Positions 1-16,656 are shown, counted from the stretch's first letter. The stretch: 64,000 nucleotides of DNA from Burkholderiaceae bacterium (GCA_035306485.1 DATGNX010000012.1:1277-65276); one strand, 5' to 3'. Numbers and translations are program-made. The notes: generated by a model not told the origin, from the sequence alone.

Positions 1-115
1 GGCCCGCTATGAGCAGTTCGGCACGGCCGGCCACGCGTCCAAGATCAAGGCGATCCCGCTGTCCGACATGGCCGCGCGCTACGCTGCCGGTGAACTCAAG
101 CAACTGGTGAAATAA
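1..115 (+). CDS. fba: fructose-bisphosphate aldolase class II, C-terminal fragment (5' end outside window)
   Basis: The frame is open from the window edge (first full codon at nt 2) to TAA at 113-115. It translates to ARYEQFGTAGHASKIKAIPLSDMAARYAAGELKQLVK, which resembles class II FBA C-termini that precede purC in beta-proteobacteria. Confidence 0.6.
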   Translation, partial: ARYEQFGTAGHASKIKAIPLSDMAARYAAGELKQLVK

Positions 116-121
116 ATCCGC

Positions 122-1009
122 ATGAAGGCCCTGCTCCAATCCTCCATCGAGTCGCTGCCACTGCTGGGGCGCGGCAAGGTCCGCGACATGTACGCCGTGG
201 GCGAAGACAAGCTGCTCATCGTCGCGACCGACCGGATCTCGGCCTTCGACGTGATCCTGGACGACCCCATTCCGGGCAAAGGCCAGGTCCTGACGGCCCT
301 GACCGAATTCTGGCTGGGGCGTCTGGGGCACCTGATTCCCACGCATGCCACCGGCATCGCCCCCGAAGACGTGGTCGCCCCGGACGAGCGGGATCAGGTG
401 GCCGGGCGCGCCATGGTGGTCAAGCGCCTCGAGCCCATCCTGGTCGAGGCGGTTGCGCGCGGCTACCTGATCGGCTCGGGCTGGAAGGACTACCAGGCCA
501 CCGGCGCCGTCTGCGGCATCGCCCTGCCGCCGGGGCTGCGCCAGGCCGAGCGCCTGCCGGAGCCGATCTTCACCCCCGCGGCCAAGGCCGAGTTCGGCCA
601 GCACGACGAGAACGTCGATTTCAACTATGTCGTGGCCCAGGTGGGCGCCGATCTGGCCGCCGAACTGCGCCGCGTCACGCTGGCCCTGTACGCCGAGGCC
701 GCCGAATACGCGCGCGGCCAGGGCATCCTGATCGCCGACACCAAGTTCGAGTTCGGCCTGGATGCACGCGGCACGCTGCACCTGATGGACGAAGTCCTGA
801 CGCCGGATTCCTCGCGCTTCTGGCCGGCGGACGGCTACGCCGTGGGCATCAGCCCGCCTTCCTTCGACAAGCAGTTCGTGCGCGACTGGCTGGAAACCCA
901 GGACTGGGACAAGACCGCACCCGCTCCGCGCCTGCCCGCCGACGTGCTGGAACGCACGGCCGCCAAGTATCGCGAGGCGCTGGATCGCCTCACGCGGGGC
1001 GCGGCATGA
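122..1009 (+). CDS. purC: phosphoribosylaminoimidazole-succinocarboxamide (SAICAR) synthase
   Basis: 295-aa ORF. The N-terminus [33 protein letters not shown] and ADTKFEFG are typical of PurC. The stop overlaps the purE start (ATGA at 1006-1009). Confidence 0.95.
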   Translation: MKALLQSSIESLPLLGRGKVRDMYAVGEDKLLIVATDRISAFDVILDDPIPGKGQVLTALTEFWLGRLGHLIPTHATGIAPEDVVAPDERDQVAGRAMVVKRLEPILVEAVARGYLIGSGWKDYQATGAVCGIALPPGLRQAERLPEPIFTPAAKAEFGQHDENVDFNYVVAQVGADLAAELRRVTLALYAEAAEYARGQGILIADTKFEFGLDARGTLHLMDEVLTPDSSRFWPADGYAVGISPPSFDKQFVRDWLETQDWDKTAPAPRLPADVLERTAAKYREALDRLTRGAA

Positions 1010-1509
1010 TCGCGCCGGCCCCGGTGGTCGGCGTGGTCATGGGCTCGTCCAGCGACTGGGACGTGATGCGCCATGCGGCGGCGGTGTTCGACGAATTCGG
1101 CATCGCCTGTGAAACCCGCGTCGTGTCCGCGCACCGCATGCCGCTGGACATGGTCGAATACGGCGCCCGGGCCGTGGAACGCGGCCTGCGCGCCATCGTC
1201 GCGGGGGCGGGCGGCGCGGCCCACCTGCCCGGCATGATGGCGGCGCTGACGCCGGTGCCGGTATTCGGCGTGCCCGTGCCTTCGCGCCACCTGCGCGGCG
1301 AGGATTCCCTGCTGTCCATCGTGCAGATGCCGCGTGGGGTGCCGGTCGGCACCTTCGCCATCGGTGATGCCGGCGCCGCCAACGCCGCCCTGCACGTGGT
1401 CGCCAACCTGGCCATGACGGATGCCGCGCTGCTGCAGAAACTGCAGGATTACCGCGCCCGCCAGACCGAAGCCGCGCGCGCCATGGTCGTGCCGCCGGAG
1501 GCGTCATGA
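1006..1509 (+). CDS. purE: 5-(carboxyamino)imidazole ribonucleotide mutase
   Basis: 167-aa ORF with [14 protein letters not shown] and [13 protein letters not shown] motifs. It is translationally coupled on both sides. Confidence 0.95.
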   Translation: MIAPAPVVGVVMGSSSDWDVMRHAAAVFDEFGIACETRVVSAHRMPLDMVEYGARAVERGLRAIVAGAGGAAHLPGMMAALTPVPVFGVPVPSRHLRGEDSLLSIVQMPRGVPVGTFAIGDAGAANAALHVVANLAMTDAALLQKLQDYRARQTEAARAMVVPPEAS

Positions 1510-2663
1510 GCGCGATGCTGCCTCCCGGCGCCTGGCTGGGCGTGCTGGGCGGCGGCCAGCTGGGCCGCATGTTCTGCCAGGCGGCCCAGGCTTTGGGCTA
1601 CCGGGTGGCCGTGCTGGACCCGGCCGAATCCTGTCCGGCGGGCATGGTGGCCGACGAACACATCCGCGCCGCCTACGACGATGCGGACGGCCTCGACCGC
1701 CTGGCGCAGCGCTGCGCCGCCGTGACCACGGAATTCGAGAACGTCCCGGCCGACAGCCTGCATCGCCTGGCACGGACACGGACAGCGACGCCTTCGGGCA
1801 ACGCCGTGGCGGTGGCCCAGGACAGGCTCGCAGAAAAGAACTACATCCAGGCGGCAGGCGTGCCCGTCGCACCTCACGCCGCCATCCGTTCCGTTGCCGA
1901 CGTGCAGGCGTGTCCCGGCGAACTGTTCCCGGGCATCCTCAAGACCGTCCGCTTCGGCTACGATGGCAAGGGCCAGGTCCGTGTGGCTTCGCACGACGAG
2001 GCCCGGCAGGCCTTCGAGGCGTTGCGCGGCGTACCGTGCATCCTGGAAGCCCTGCAGCCCCTGGATTACGAGATCTCGGTCGTGGTGGCGCGCGACCTGC
2101 GCGGCCGCGCCGTCAGCTACGCACCCTCGCGCAATACCCATCGGGACGGCATCCTGGCGCTGTCGGTCGCCGACGGTTCGGTGCCTGAAGGGATCGCGAA
2201 CCTGGCGCGGGGCCATGCCCTGTCCCTGGCCGATCATCTGGATTACCACGGCGTGCTGTGCGTTGAATTCTTCGTGCTGCGCGACGGCCGCGTGCTGGCC
2301 AACGAGATGGCGCCGCGCCCCCACAACAGCGGGCATTACACCCAGGACGGCTGCCTGGTCAGCCAGTTCGAGCAGCAGGCACGCATCATGGCCGGGCTGC
2401 CGCTGGGCGAAACGGCCATGCTGCGGCCGGCCGCCATGCTCAACCTGCTGGGAGACCTGTGGTTCGATGCGCAGGGGCGGCAGCGCGAGCCGGACTGGGC
2501 GGGCGTGCTCGACGTACCCGGTACCCGCCTGCATCTGTATGCCAAGTCCGAGGCGCGCCGCGGCCGCAAGATGGGGCACGTCAATATCCTCGGTGCGGAT
2601 GCGGCGCAGCTGCGCGAACGCATCGCCCGGGTTTCGGCCGTGCTGGGACTGCCCCATGCCTGA
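1506..2663 (+). CDS. purK: 5-(carboxyamino)imidazole ribonucleotide synthase (ATP-grasp)
   Basis: 385-aa ORF with LGVLGGGQLGRM at the N-terminus and NEMAPRPHNSGHYT. It has an ATGA overlap with purE. Confidence 0.93.
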   Translation: MSAMLPPGAWLGVLGGGQLGRMFCQAAQALGYRVAVLDPAESCPAGMVADEHIRAAYDDADGLDRLAQRCAAVTTEFENVPADSLHRLARTRTATPSGNAVAVAQDRLAEKNYIQAAGVPVAPHAAIRSVADVQACPGELFPGILKTVRFGYDGKGQVRVASHDEARQAFEALRGVPCILEALQPLDYEISVVVARDLRGRAVSYAPSRNTHRDGILALSVADGSVPEGIANLARGHALSLADHLDYHGVLCVEFFVLRDGRVLANEMAPRPHNSGHYTQDGCLVSQFEQQARIMAGLPLGETAMLRPAAMLNLLGDLWFDAQGRQREPDWAGVLDVPGTRLHLYAKSEARRGRKMGHVNILGADAAQLRERIARVSAVLGLPHA

Positions 2664-3729
2664 CCCGCGCGCGGATTCGGAAGGCGCGGCTTTGCCGGAG
2701 GCGCAAGCCGGGCAGGCCGAGGCTGGTCCCGGCCAGATCCTGGAAGCCGCCCAGCGGCTGGCCCAGGGCCGGCTGGTGGCTTTCCCGACCGAAACCGTCT
2801 ATGGCCTGGGCGCCGATGCGGAAAATCCCGCAGCCGTTGCCCGCATCTACGACGCCAAGCGGCGGCCGGCCAACCATCCCGTCATCGTCCACCTGGCGCC
2901 GGATACGGATCCGGGCTATTGGGCGGCCTCGATCCCGTCCCAGGCAAGGCTGCTGATGGCGGCCTTCTGGCCGGGGCCGCTGACCCTGATCCTGCCGCGC
3001 GCGGCCCGCATTCCGGACGCGGTCAGCGGCGGCCAGGACAGCATCGGCCTGCGCTGCCCCTCGCATCCGGTGGCGCAGCGGCTGTTGCACGCCTTTTCCG
3101 TCCTCAAGCCGCATGGCTGCGGCGGGGTGGCCGCGCCGTCGGCCAACCAGTTCGGCCAGGTCTCGCCCACGCGTGCCGCGCACGTGCGCAGCGAATTCCC
3201 GCACCTGGACGAGCAGGCGCTGATGATCCTGGAAGGCGGCGACTCGGAAGTGGGGATCGAGTCCACGATCCTCGACCTGTCCCGGCTCGAGCAAGGCGTC
3301 GGTCCCGTGCTGCTCAGGCCCGGCCATGTGACGGCGCTTCAGATTGCCGAAGTGCTGGGCGTGCCGCCGGCGCTGCCCGATGCGGCGGCGCCCCGGGTGT
3401 CGGGTTCGCTCAAGGCGCACTATGCGCCGCGCACGCCGGTGTCCCTGGTAAGCGCGCAGGTCCTGGATGACTGGATCCGGGGCCGGGGCGTGCCGCCGGG
3501 GCGGGTGGCCGCGGTCGTCCTGGATGCGCCGCCGGGCCCCGCGCCCGGTGGTGTGGAATGGATCGTGCTGCCGGCCGATCCGGCGGCCTACGCACGTCGC
3601 TTGTACGCCTTGCTGCGCGATCTCGATGAGGCCGGCTACGACCGCATCCTGCTGCAGCGCCCGCCGGTCGGACCGGCCTGGCAGGGCGTCAATGACAGGA
3701 TCACCCGGGCGGCGGCGGCGTTCGGCTGA
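2656..3729 (+). CDS. tsaC: L-threonylcarbamoyladenylate synthase (Sua5/YrdC long form)
   Basis: Trimmed from track ORF 1894..3729 to the in-frame ATG at 2656, which overlaps the purK end by 8 nt. It carries the YrdC motif LVAFPTETVYGLGADA..IYDAKRRPANHPVIVH and a C-terminal Sua5 domain. Confidence 0.88.
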   Translation: MPDPRADSEGAALPEAQAGQAEAGPGQILEAAQRLAQGRLVAFPTETVYGLGADAENPAAVARIYDAKRRPANHPVIVHLAPDTDPGYWAASIPSQARLLMAAFWPGPLTLILPRAARIPDAVSGGQDSIGLRCPSHPVAQRLLHAFSVLKPHGCGGVAAPSANQFGQVSPTRAAHVRSEFPHLDEQALMILEGGDSEVGIESTILDLSRLEQGVGPVLLRPGHVTALQIAEVLGVPPALPDAAAPRVSGSLKAHYAPRTPVSLVSAQVLDDWIRGRGVPPGRVAAVVLDAPPGPAPGGVEWIVLPADPAAYARRLYALLRDLDEAGYDRILLQRPPVGPAWQGVNDRITRAAAAFG

Positions 3730-3894
3730 TCCCCTGGCAGATGGCGGGTGTTTCCGTGCGCCTGGCGGGGGGATGTTCGCCAACCGGGCGGGGTCCACGC
3801 TACACTGTCCGGTCGCCGAGCTGGAGGGCATGCCCCTGGCCGTGATTCCGCCCCGGCCCCCCAAGGCCGGGCGACGCTTTCCGGAGTTGGACTG

Positions 3895-4344
3895 ATGAAA
3901 TTCAAGGAATTCGAACCCGGCCTGGTGATTCATCACGGCCCCGTCACCGTGGACGAGGCCGAGATGCTGGCCTTTTCGCGTGCCTACGATCCCCAGTGGT
4001 TCCACGTCGACCCCGAGCGCGCCCGCAACGGCCGCTGGGGAGGCCTGATCGCCAGCGGCTGGATGACCTGCGGGCTGGCCATGCGCATGGCCGTCGAGGC
4101 CGCGCTCCAGGGTTCCGAATCGTTCGGTTCGCCGGGCCTGGAACGCCTGCGCTGGATGCATCCGGTGCGCCCCGGCGACCAGCTGCGCCTGGAGGCCACG
4201 GTGGATTCCAAGCGCGTGTCGTCCACGCGCGACGACCTGGGCATCATCCGCTGGACCTGGCGGCTGTTCAACCAGGACGACATCCAGGTGCTCGAGGTCG
4301 AGGCCACCAGCCTGTTCGAACTGGAAGTTCCGCCCAGGACCTGA
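3895..4344 (+). CDS. MaoC-family (R)-hydratase/dehydratase domain protein
   Basis: Trimmed from 3748..4344 to the ATG at 3895. The hot-dog fold signature is present: FSRAYDPQWFHVDPERA..GGLIASGWMT. Confidence 0.75.
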   Translation: MKFKEFEPGLVIHHGPVTVDEAEMLAFSRAYDPQWFHVDPERARNGRWGGLIASGWMTCGLAMRMAVEAALQGSESFGSPGLERLRWMHPVRPGDQLRLEATVDSKRVSSTRDDLGIIRWTWRLFNQDDIQVLEVEATSLFELEVPPRT

Positions 4345-4372
4345 ATTCGTCCGCGGACTCGTCCGGCGGAAT

Positions 4373-5221
4373 TCAGCGAAACACCACCGTACGCCGGTCG
4401 TTCAGCAGGATGCGGTGCTCGACATGCCAGCGCACGGCGCGCGACAGCACCACCGATTCGATGTCGCTGCCGATGCGCGTCAGGTCGCCGGGGCCCATGG
4501 CGTGGTCCACGCGCTCGATGTCCTGCTCGATGATGGGGCCCTCGTCCAGATCCTCCGTCACGTAGTGCGCCGTTGCACCGATCAGCTTCACTCCGCGCGC
4601 ATGCGCCTGGTAGTAGGGCCGCGCGCCCTTGAAGCCGGGCAGGAAACTGTGGTGGATGTTGATGGCGCGGCCTTCCAGGGCGCGGCACAGCTGCGGCGAC
4701 AAAATCTGCATGTAGCGCGCCAGCACCACCAGATCGACGCGCTCGCGCTCGACCAGTTCCAGGATCCTGGCTTCCTGCCCGGCGCGCGTGTCGGCCGTCA
4801 CGGGCAAGTGGTGGAAGGGCAGCCCGTGGGATTCGGCCAGCGAGCGGAAGTCCGTGTGGTTCGACACCACGGCGGCCACTTCTGCGGGCATCTGCCCGCC
4901 GCTCACCCGGAACAGCAGGTCGTTCAGGCAGTGGCCCTGGCGGCTGACCAGCACCAGCAGCCGGGCCTTGCGGGCCGCATCGTGGAACTGGCATTGCATC
5001 TCGAAGCGCTCGGCGATGCTGGAGAAGTCGTCCGCCAGGGATTCGACCGGCTCGGTGCCCGGCAGGGCGAAATGGACGCGCAGGAAGAAACGCGACGAAT
5101 CCGGATCGCCGAACTGCTGGGCGTGGACGATGTTGCCGTGGTGCTTCAGCAGCCAGCCGCTGACGGTGTGGACGATGCCCATGCGGTCGGGGCAGGAAAG
5201 GGTCAGGATGTAGTCATGCAT
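4373..5221 (-). CDS. purU: formyltetrahydrofolate deformylase
   Basis: Trimmed from the 422-aa track ORF to MHDYILTLSCPDRMGIVHTVSGWLL (ACT domain). The formyltransferase core INIHHSFLPGFKGARPYYQAH is present. Confidence 0.92.
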   Translation of the reverse strand: MHDYILTLSCPDRMGIVHTVSGWLLKHHGNIVHAQQFGDPDSSRFFLRVHFALPGTEPVESLADDFSSIAERFEMQCQFHDAARKARLLVLVSRQGHCLNDLLFRVSGGQMPAEVAAVVSNHTDFRSLAESHGLPFHHLPVTADTRAGQEARILELVERERVDLVVLARYMQILSPQLCRALEGRAINIHHSFLPGFKGARPYYQAHARGVKLIGATAHYVTEDLDEGPIIEQDIERVDHAMGPGDLTRIGSDIESVVLSRAVRWHVEHRILLNDRRTVVFR

Positions 5222-5283
5222 GGCGGTGTCGCGGGCGGCGCGGGGGCGGCCCGCCGGGAAGGAGATGGCGTGGTGTCGTCCGG

Positions 5284-5814
5284 CTAATTGCGGGAAAGAG
5301 GTTCGCTGCCGGGGGTCAGTTCGAAGTCGCCCGCGTGGTAGATCAGCGGCGACAGCAGCTGGCGGTGGCAGTGCTCCACCTGGCCGACGAAGATCGTGTG
5401 GTCTCCGGCTTCGTGGCGCTGCGTGTTGTGGCATTCGAACCAGGCGGCGCAGCGGTTGTCGGCCAGCATCAGGGTGCCGTTGGGCGCGCGTTCCAGTTCC
5501 AGCCCGACGAAGCGCTCGGCCTGCGGTCCCTTGGCAAACCGCCGGGCCAGGTCCACCTGGCCCGCCGAGAGCACGTGGATGACGTATCGGTCCAGCGCCT
5601 TGAAGGATGCCAGCGAGGCCGCCGCGTGCGTCAGCGTCCACAGCACCATTGGCGGGTCCAGCGAGACCGAGCTGAACGAGCTGATCGTGAGGCCCAGCGG
5701 GGTGCCTGTATCGGGGTGTTCCGCCGTGATCACGGTGACGCCGGTGGGGAACCGGCCCAGGGCCGAGCGGAAGAACAGGGCCGGGAAATCGGCGGGAGTG
5801 GGCTGGGAACGCAT
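5284..5814 (-). CDS. flavin reductase family protein
   Basis: Trimmed to the MRSQPTPADF start. The flavin reductase-like domain is present: FRSALGRFPTGVTVIT..GLTISSFSSVSLDPPMVLW. Confidence 0.8.
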   Translation of the reverse strand: MRSQPTPADFPALFFRSALGRFPTGVTVITAEHPDTGTPLGLTISSFSSVSLDPPMVLWTLTHAAASLASFKALDRYVIHVLSAGQVDLARRFAKGPQAERFVGLELERAPNGTLMLADNRCAAWFECHNTQRHEAGDHTIFVGQVEHCHRQLLSPLIYHAGDFELTPGSEPLSRN

Positions 5815-5821
5815 GGAGACA

Positions 5822-6454
5822 TCAGGGCGCGATGCGGCCGAGCGCCCAGTCGCCTTCGGCGTCGCGCGCGTAGACCAGCCGGTCGTGCAGACGGGAAGGG
5901 CGGCCCTGCCAGAATTCGATGCGGGTGGCTTCCAGCCGGTAGCCGCCCCAGTGGGGCGGACGAGCCGGATCATCGCCCAGTGTGCGGCTCAGTTCGGCCA
6001 CGCGTTCGGCCAGCGCTTCGTGCGTGATCGGCCGGCTCTGCGGCGAGGCCCAGGCGCCGATGCGGGATCCCAGGGGGCGGCTGGTGTAGTAGGCGTCGGA
6101 TTCGGCCGCCGAGACGGGGCTGACGGGGCCTTCGATGCGCACCTGCCGTTCCAGCTCGGGCCAGAAGAACAGCAGCGCCGCCTGGGGGTTGGCCGCCAGA
6201 TCCAGGCCCTTGCGGGACTGATAGTTGGTGTAGAACACGAAACCCCGGGCGTCGAAACCCTTGAGCAGCACGATGCGCGCCGAGGGGCGGCCGGCCGTGT
6301 CCGTCGTGGCCAGGGTCATGGCCGTCGGTTCGCGGACCTCGCTGTGCAGGGCCTGCTGGAACCATTGGTCGAACTGGACGTAGGGATCGGCGGCGGCGGA
6401 GGATTCGAGCAGCTCGAATTTCTGGTAGGTCTGGCGGATATCGGCGATGGACAT
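5822..6454 (-). CDS. pdxH: pyridoxamine 5'-phosphate oxidase
   Basis: Trimmed from the 603-aa track ORF to [10 protein letters not shown] (CAT at 6452-6454). PdxH motifs are [19 protein letters not shown] and [24 protein letters not shown]. Confidence 0.93.
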   Translation of the reverse strand: MSIADIRQTYQKFELLESSAAADPYVQFDQWFQQALHSEVREPTAMTLATTDTAGRPSARIVLLKGFDARGFVFYTNYQSRKGLDLAANPQAALLFFWPELERQVRIEGPVSPVSAAESDAYYTSRPLGSRIGAWASPQSRPITHEALAERVAELSRTLGDDPARPPHWGGYRLEATRIEFWQGRPSRLHDRLVYARDAEGDWALGRIAP

Positions 6455-6474
6455 GGCGTCTGGGTGGGGGAGTG

Positions 6475-7113
6475 TCAGGAGGCGTGTCGCAGCGCCTGGG
6501 CGATGGCGCGCAGGCGGCGGTCGGTGATGCCGGCGGCCTCCAGGGCGTCGGCGGTTTGCAGCACGTAGTCGGTGCAGCGGCCATAGCGTCCGTGCCCCTG
6601 GCGCACGATGGAGACGATCCGTTCGATGGAAAGGCCCGTCACGTAGCCCGCGTCCTTGCGATCCATGGTGAAGACCAGGCCGGGAACCGGGCCGGATTCC
6701 GTATGGCAGTTCAGCCAGCGCGGAACGTAGGACGCGCTGGGCATTTCCCGCTGCCACAGGGGACCCAGGATATCCAGTGCCCGGGATCCGGCGATGCGGT
6801 AGGCGACGCCATCGCAGGAACCGCCCAGATCCAGGCCGAACACCAGGCCGGGGCGTTCGGGTGTGCCGCGATTGATCCGCGACCACAGGCACAGGGCGCG
6901 GTGGTAGCCGTGGATGCGGGCCCGGCGGGCTTCCAGGTGATCGAATTCCGGCCGCCAGACCAGGGACCCGTAGCCGAACACCCAAAGGTCGGAGCGGCCG
7001 TCCCAGTGCCGCAAGGTCTGTTCGATGGACGCCTGGTGCCAGGCCGCATCGCGCAGGTGGAAGGCTTCCGGCGGGGGCGGAAGCTGGCTGGCGCGGGCGG
7101 CGGATGTGTTCAC
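6475..7113 (-). CDS. chaC: ChaC-family gamma-glutamylcyclotransferase
   Basis: 212-aa ORF with [15 protein letters not shown] and the ChaC core GLVFGLD. Confidence 0.8.
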   Translation of the reverse strand: MNTSAARASQLPPPPEAFHLRDAAWHQASIEQTLRHWDGRSDLWVFGYGSLVWRPEFDHLEARRARIHGYHRALCLWSRINRGTPERPGLVFGLDLGGSCDGVAYRIAGSRALDILGPLWQREMPSASYVPRWLNCHTESGPVPGLVFTMDRKDAGYVTGLSIERIVSIVRQGHGRYGRCTDYVLQTADALEAAGITDRRLRAIAQALRHAS

Positions 7114-7196
7114 TGGGGATGGGCGGCTGTTGAAATAGGGACAGTCCGTATTGTAGAGGACTTGCGCATCCGGGGCGGCGCCAATGCCCGGCTAAA

Positions 7197-8087
7197 ATGG
7201 GGAATCTTTTTTCCGCCACCCACGAGATGCCCGACTTGCCGCTTGCAGATTCCAACGATGCCGATGCGGATGCCGCGCGCCGGTTCGGCGGCCTGGACCG
7301 CCTGTACGGCGATGGCGCCAGGCAGGCGCTGGCCGGGCTGCGCGCCGTGGTGGCCGGCGTCGGCGGCGTGGGCGCCTGGTGCGCCGAGGCCCTGGCCCGT
7401 TCGGGCGTGGGGGCGTTGACGCTGGTGGACCTGGACCATGTGGCCGAATCCAACATCAACCGCCAGGTCCATGCCCTGGGCAGCACGCTGGGCCAGGCCA
7501 AGGTCGCCGCGATGGCGGACCGCATCCGCGACATCAACCCCAGCTGCCGCGTCGAGTGCGTCGACGATTTCATCGGCCCCGACAATGCCGATGCCATCCT
7601 GTCGGGGCAGGCCGGCGTGCTGCTGGATTGCACCGATCAGGTGACGGCCAAGGTTGCCATGATATTGCGAGCCCGAGCGGCGGGCTGGCCGGTGCTGGTG
7701 TGCGGCGGCGCGGGGGGCAAGACGGATCCCCTGGCCCTGCGGGCCGGCGACCTGTCCCTCGTCACGCACGATGCCCTGCTGGGCCGGGTGCGCCAGGAAC
7801 TGCGCCAGCGTCACGGCTACCCCAAAGGCGGAACGGCAGGCGGCAAACCGCGCCGCCGGGTGCCGCGCATGGGAGTGCATTGCCTGTGGTTCGACCAGCC
7901 GGTGGTACTGCCCGCCGCCTGGGCGCGGCCGGCCGCCGGTGCGCAAGGCGCCGCATCCCCGTCCGCACCGGCAGCGCCCCAGGGCCTGTCCTGCGCGGGC
8001 TACGGTTCCGCGGTGGCGATCACGGCCACCATGGGCCTGGCGGCTGCCGACTGGGCCGTGCACCAGGGCCTGTCGGCGGGACGCTAG
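7197..8087 (+). CDS. tcdA: tRNA threonylcarbamoyladenosine dehydratase (ThiF/HesA family)
   Basis: [53 protein letters not shown] matches the TcdA/CsdL pattern. An alternative start is the ATG at 7227. Confidence 0.8.
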   Translation: MGNLFSATHEMPDLPLADSNDADADAARRFGGLDRLYGDGARQALAGLRAVVAGVGGVGAWCAEALARSGVGALTLVDLDHVAESNINRQVHALGSTLGQAKVAAMADRIRDINPSCRVECVDDFIGPDNADAILSGQAGVLLDCTDQVTAKVAMILRARAAGWPVLVCGGAGGKTDPLALRAGDLSLVTHDALLGRVRQELRQRHGYPKGGTAGGKPRRRVPRMGVHCLWFDQPVVLPAAWARPAAGAQGAASPSAPAAPQGLSCAGYGSAVAITATMGLAAADWAVHQGLSAGR

Positions 8088-8710
8088 GGTTCGTCCAGCC
8101 GGGCATCCAGCCAGCCGCGCAGGGCGTTCGACACCCGCAGCGCCGGGGCCTGGCGCAGATCGGCAAGGCTCAGCCGGGCCTCGCGTGCCAGGCCTTCGTC
8201 CAGAAGGGCCCGGCGCCGCACGCCGGGCAGCAGGCCGCTGGCCAGGGGCGGGGTCAGCCAGGCGCCCCTCGTATCCTGGATGTAGATGGTGCAACGGCTG
8301 CCTTCGCACAGGTCTCCGGCCGCATTGCCGAATACCAGGTCGAAATGGCCGGGATGGCCCTGGAGCCAGCGCTGCGCGGCGTCGAACCAGGGGCGGTGGG
8401 TGGTCTTGTGCCTCAGCCAGAATGCATCGGCATCCAGCGCCGCCTCCGGCCCCAGGGTCTCGGCCGCCAGGGCGATGCGCACGGGCTCGGGCGTGGATGG
8501 CAGCGGCGCGGATTCCAGGGACAGCTGGCCGTCGGCCGTCAGCAGCAGGCGCAGGCGTCGCGGCGTGTCTTCGGTGAAATGGCGGATCCGTTCGGCCATC
8601 CAGCCATCCAGCTTGGCGGCATCGAGCGGATAGCCCAGGGTCCGGGCCGAGGCCAGCAGGCGCGCCCGGTGGCCGGGCCAGAGCGCGATGCGACCTTGTT
8701 CCAGGCGCAT
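8084..8710 (-). CDS. pabC: aminodeoxychorismate lyase (class IV aminotransferase fold)
   Basis: This is the 3' part of the composite 654-aa track ORF. The first ATG is at 8710 (MRLEQGRIALWPGHRARLL), and no ATG or GTG lies between it and the pabB stop. It sits immediately downstream of pabB. Confidence 0.75.
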   Translation of the reverse strand: MRLEQGRIALWPGHRARLLASARTLGYPLDAAKLDGWMAERIRHFTEDTPRRLRLLLTADGQLSLESAPLPSTPEPVRIALAAETLGPEAALDADAFWLRHKTTHRPWFDAAQRWLQGHPGHFDLVFGNAAGDLCEGSRCTIYIQDTRGAWLTPPLASGLLPGVRRRALLDEGLAREARLSLADLRQAPALRVSNALRGWLDARLDEP

Positions 8711-8781
8711 GGTTTCGATCAGGCTGGGGGCGATGCGCCGGATCTCGGCGGTGGATGCCGGTGGGTCCGCGCTGCGGCGGC

Positions 8782-9926
8782 TCAGTCCGGATTCAGGATG
8801 CGCGCTTTCCACAGGCATTCCTCCCATTCCTCGGCGGCCTGTGAATCGTACACGATGCCGCCACCCACACCGAACCCGGCCTGTCCGTCGCGCAGCTCGA
8901 TGGTGCGGATGGCGACGTTGAGGGAAAAATCCCCATCCGGCGCCAGCCATCCCACGCTGCCGCAGTAGATGCCGCGGCGGCGCGCCTCCAGGTCGCGGAT
9001 GGCCCGCATGGCGGCGATCTTCGGCGCGCCCGTCACTGAGCCGCACGGAAACAGGGCATGCAGCACTTTGTCCAGCGGCACGTCCGGCGCCTCGGCCTCC
9101 ACGGTGGAGGTCAGCGTCCAGACCGAGGGATAGGCCTCCAGGCTGAACAGGGCCGGCACGCGCACGCTGCCGGGCACGGCGATGCGGCCCAGGTCGTTGC
9201 GCAGCAGATCCACGATCATCAGGTTCTCCGCGCGATTCTTGGCGCTGCGCTGCAGGGCCTCGGCGGCCTGCCGGTCCCAGGCAGGATCGGCGTGGCGTGG
9301 CGCGGTGCCCTTCATCGGCCGCACACGCAGGCGCGAACCATCGCGGGCCACGAACAGCTCGGGCGACAGCGACAGCACCCAGCGGCCGCCGTCGCGCACG
9401 CAGGCGGCATGGGCCACTGGGTGGCGTTCGGCCAGGTAGGCGTAGGCCTGCGCGGGATCCAGGCCGGGCGGCCAGTCCAGCTGCAGCGGCAGGGTGTAGT
9501 TGATCTGATAGTAGTCGCCGCGGGCGATTCCTGCGCGGACGGCCTCGATGGCCTGGGCGTGGCGTTCGCGGGAGACTCCCGGCCGCGGATTCGGGCGCCA
9601 CGGCTGGCCGTGGGCGTCGGCGAGGCCGCCTGCCGACCCCGTGCCGGCCGGGCCCGCGCAGTCCTTCCATTCGGCGCGCGCGTGGATCAGCGCCGTCAGG
9701 CGGGGCAGGGCATCGTGCGCGGCGCCGACCGGATGGGCAGTCTCGGGCTCCAGCCATTCGCCCAGTTCGTAGTCCAGCAGCAGGGCGACCCAGTGACCGG
9801 CCCGCCGGGCGGCCTCGATGGCGTCCCAGGCGGCGGGCAGTGCATCGCGGCGGTGGACGGCGATGCGCCCGACCGGGTCGAGCAGGCGCAGCGACCGGCC
9901 CGCCAGCCGGTCCTCGAACAGGCAGG

Positions 9927-9930
<4 letters not shown>
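8782..9930 (-). CDS. pabB: aminodeoxychorismate synthase component I
   Basis: Chorismate-binding enzyme core: SPELFV..MKGT..NRAENLMIVDLLRNDLGR..PCGSVTGAPK. I prefer the GTG at 9930, which overlaps the upstream stop as GTGA. The track ORF extends to the ATG at 10011. Confidence 0.85.
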
Positions 9931-15650
<5,720 letters not shown>

Positions 15651-15862
15651 TCCGCCATCATAATCCGGCGCACGGCGTCGTTGCGGTGCCCGCGGAGGGG
15701 TCGGCACGGCATGGTTGTTCCGGGAGGGGGAAGCTGCCCGGCTTGATCCGCGTCAGACATTGGGGCGGGTCATGGGGCCGCCAGCGCCGCACGGTTCTTA
15801 CAATCGACTGAAACGTGGCCGGATTTCCCCCCGCCGGCCGGTCTGAAAACCGGAGAATCGCC

Positions 15863-16423
15863 ATGAAACGCCTGCTCGTTCTGCCCTTGCTGTGCGCCGT
15901 CCCCGCCCTGGTCCAGGCGGCCGAATACAAGACGGATGCGGACCACACCTTCGTCTATTTCGAGGTGCTGCACAACGGCACGTCCACGGTGCGCGGGCGC
16001 TTCGATACGGTCGATGGCGACATCGCCTTCGACCGCCAGGCAAAGACGGGCCAGGCCCGGATCCGCGTCGACATGAAGTCGATCAGCACGGGTTCCAGGG
16101 GCTTCGACGAGCACCTGCTGGGCGCGGACTTCTTCCAGGCCGGCGAGCATCCCGAGGCGCTGTTCGAATCCACCGCCTTCCGCTTCGAGGGCGACCTGGT
16201 GCATGCCGTCGAAGGCAATCTGACCCTGCTGGGGCAGACGCATCCGGTCAAGCTGAACGCCGTCCGCTTCAACTGCTACCAGAACAAGCGCCTGGAACGC
16301 GAAGTCTGCGGCGGGGATTTCCGTGCCGAGATCCAGCGCAGCCAATGGGGCATGGGCTTCGGCCTGCCGGGCATTCCCGACACGGTGCGTCTGCAGATCG
16401 AGATCGAAGGCGTGCGGCAGTGA
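15863..16423 (+). CDS. YceI-family periplasmic polyisoprenoid-binding protein
   Basis: Trimmed to MKRLLVLPLLCAVPALVQA (signal peptide), with SD cggaga upstream. It shows the YceI-like pattern YKTDADHTFVYFEV..GTSTVRGRF. Confidence 0.85.
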   Translation: MKRLLVLPLLCAVPALVQAAEYKTDADHTFVYFEVLHNGTSTVRGRFDTVDGDIAFDRQAKTGQARIRVDMKSISTGSRGFDEHLLGADFFQAGEHPEALFESTAFRFEGDLVHAVEGNLTLLGQTHPVKLNAVRFNCYQNKRLEREVCGGDFRAEIQRSQWGMGFGLPGIPDTVRLQIEIEGVRQ

Positions 16424-16475
16424 TCTGTCCGCAGGGACCACGCCGCCGATGGCTTCGGGGGTGTTGGTGAAACTT

Positions 16476-16484
16476 TGCTAAAAT
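16476..16484 (+). promoter_or_regulatory. candidate extended -10 promoter (TGcTAAAAT) for the small ORF at 16528
   Basis: tgctaaaat at 16476-16484 fits the TGnTAnnnT extended -10 pattern. There is no good -35. Confidence 0.35.
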
Positions 16485-16527
16485 GGCGTGTTTTGCTTTC
16501 AAGCCCGCCTTACACCAGGAGATCCAC

Positions 16528-16656
16528 ATGGCAGAAATCAAACGCACGCGGCGCAACACGCTCGAGCGCCGTTGCCTCGGCAAGGCCTTCAAGCGCCTGT
16601 TCGTGCGCGCGCCCAAGGGCGTCTTCAAGATGCTCGAAAAGGTCAAGCGCGCCTGA
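16528..16656 (+). CDS. small highly basic protein, 42 aa (not in the >=60 aa ORF track)
   Basis: ATG at 16528 is preceded by aggaga at 6-nt spacing. It translates to MAEIKRTRRNTLERRCLGKAFKRLFVRAPKGVFKMLEKVKRA. GC3 is high, like the neighbouring genes. A strong intrinsic terminator follows about 50 nt downstream. Confidence 0.6.
   Translation: MAEIKRTRRNTLERRCLGKAFKRLFVRAPKGVFKMLEKVKRA

Noticed and set aside
1894-3729. N-terminally extended track ORFs: 1894..3729, 4373..5641, 5284..5973, 5822..7633, 42645..44372, 50263..51387 and 56161..57447
   Set aside because: The extensions overlap the neighbouring real genes and are compositionally junk (Arg/Pro/Ala runs). Each was trimmed to the first start codon that yields the conserved N-terminus and sensible spacing or coupling.
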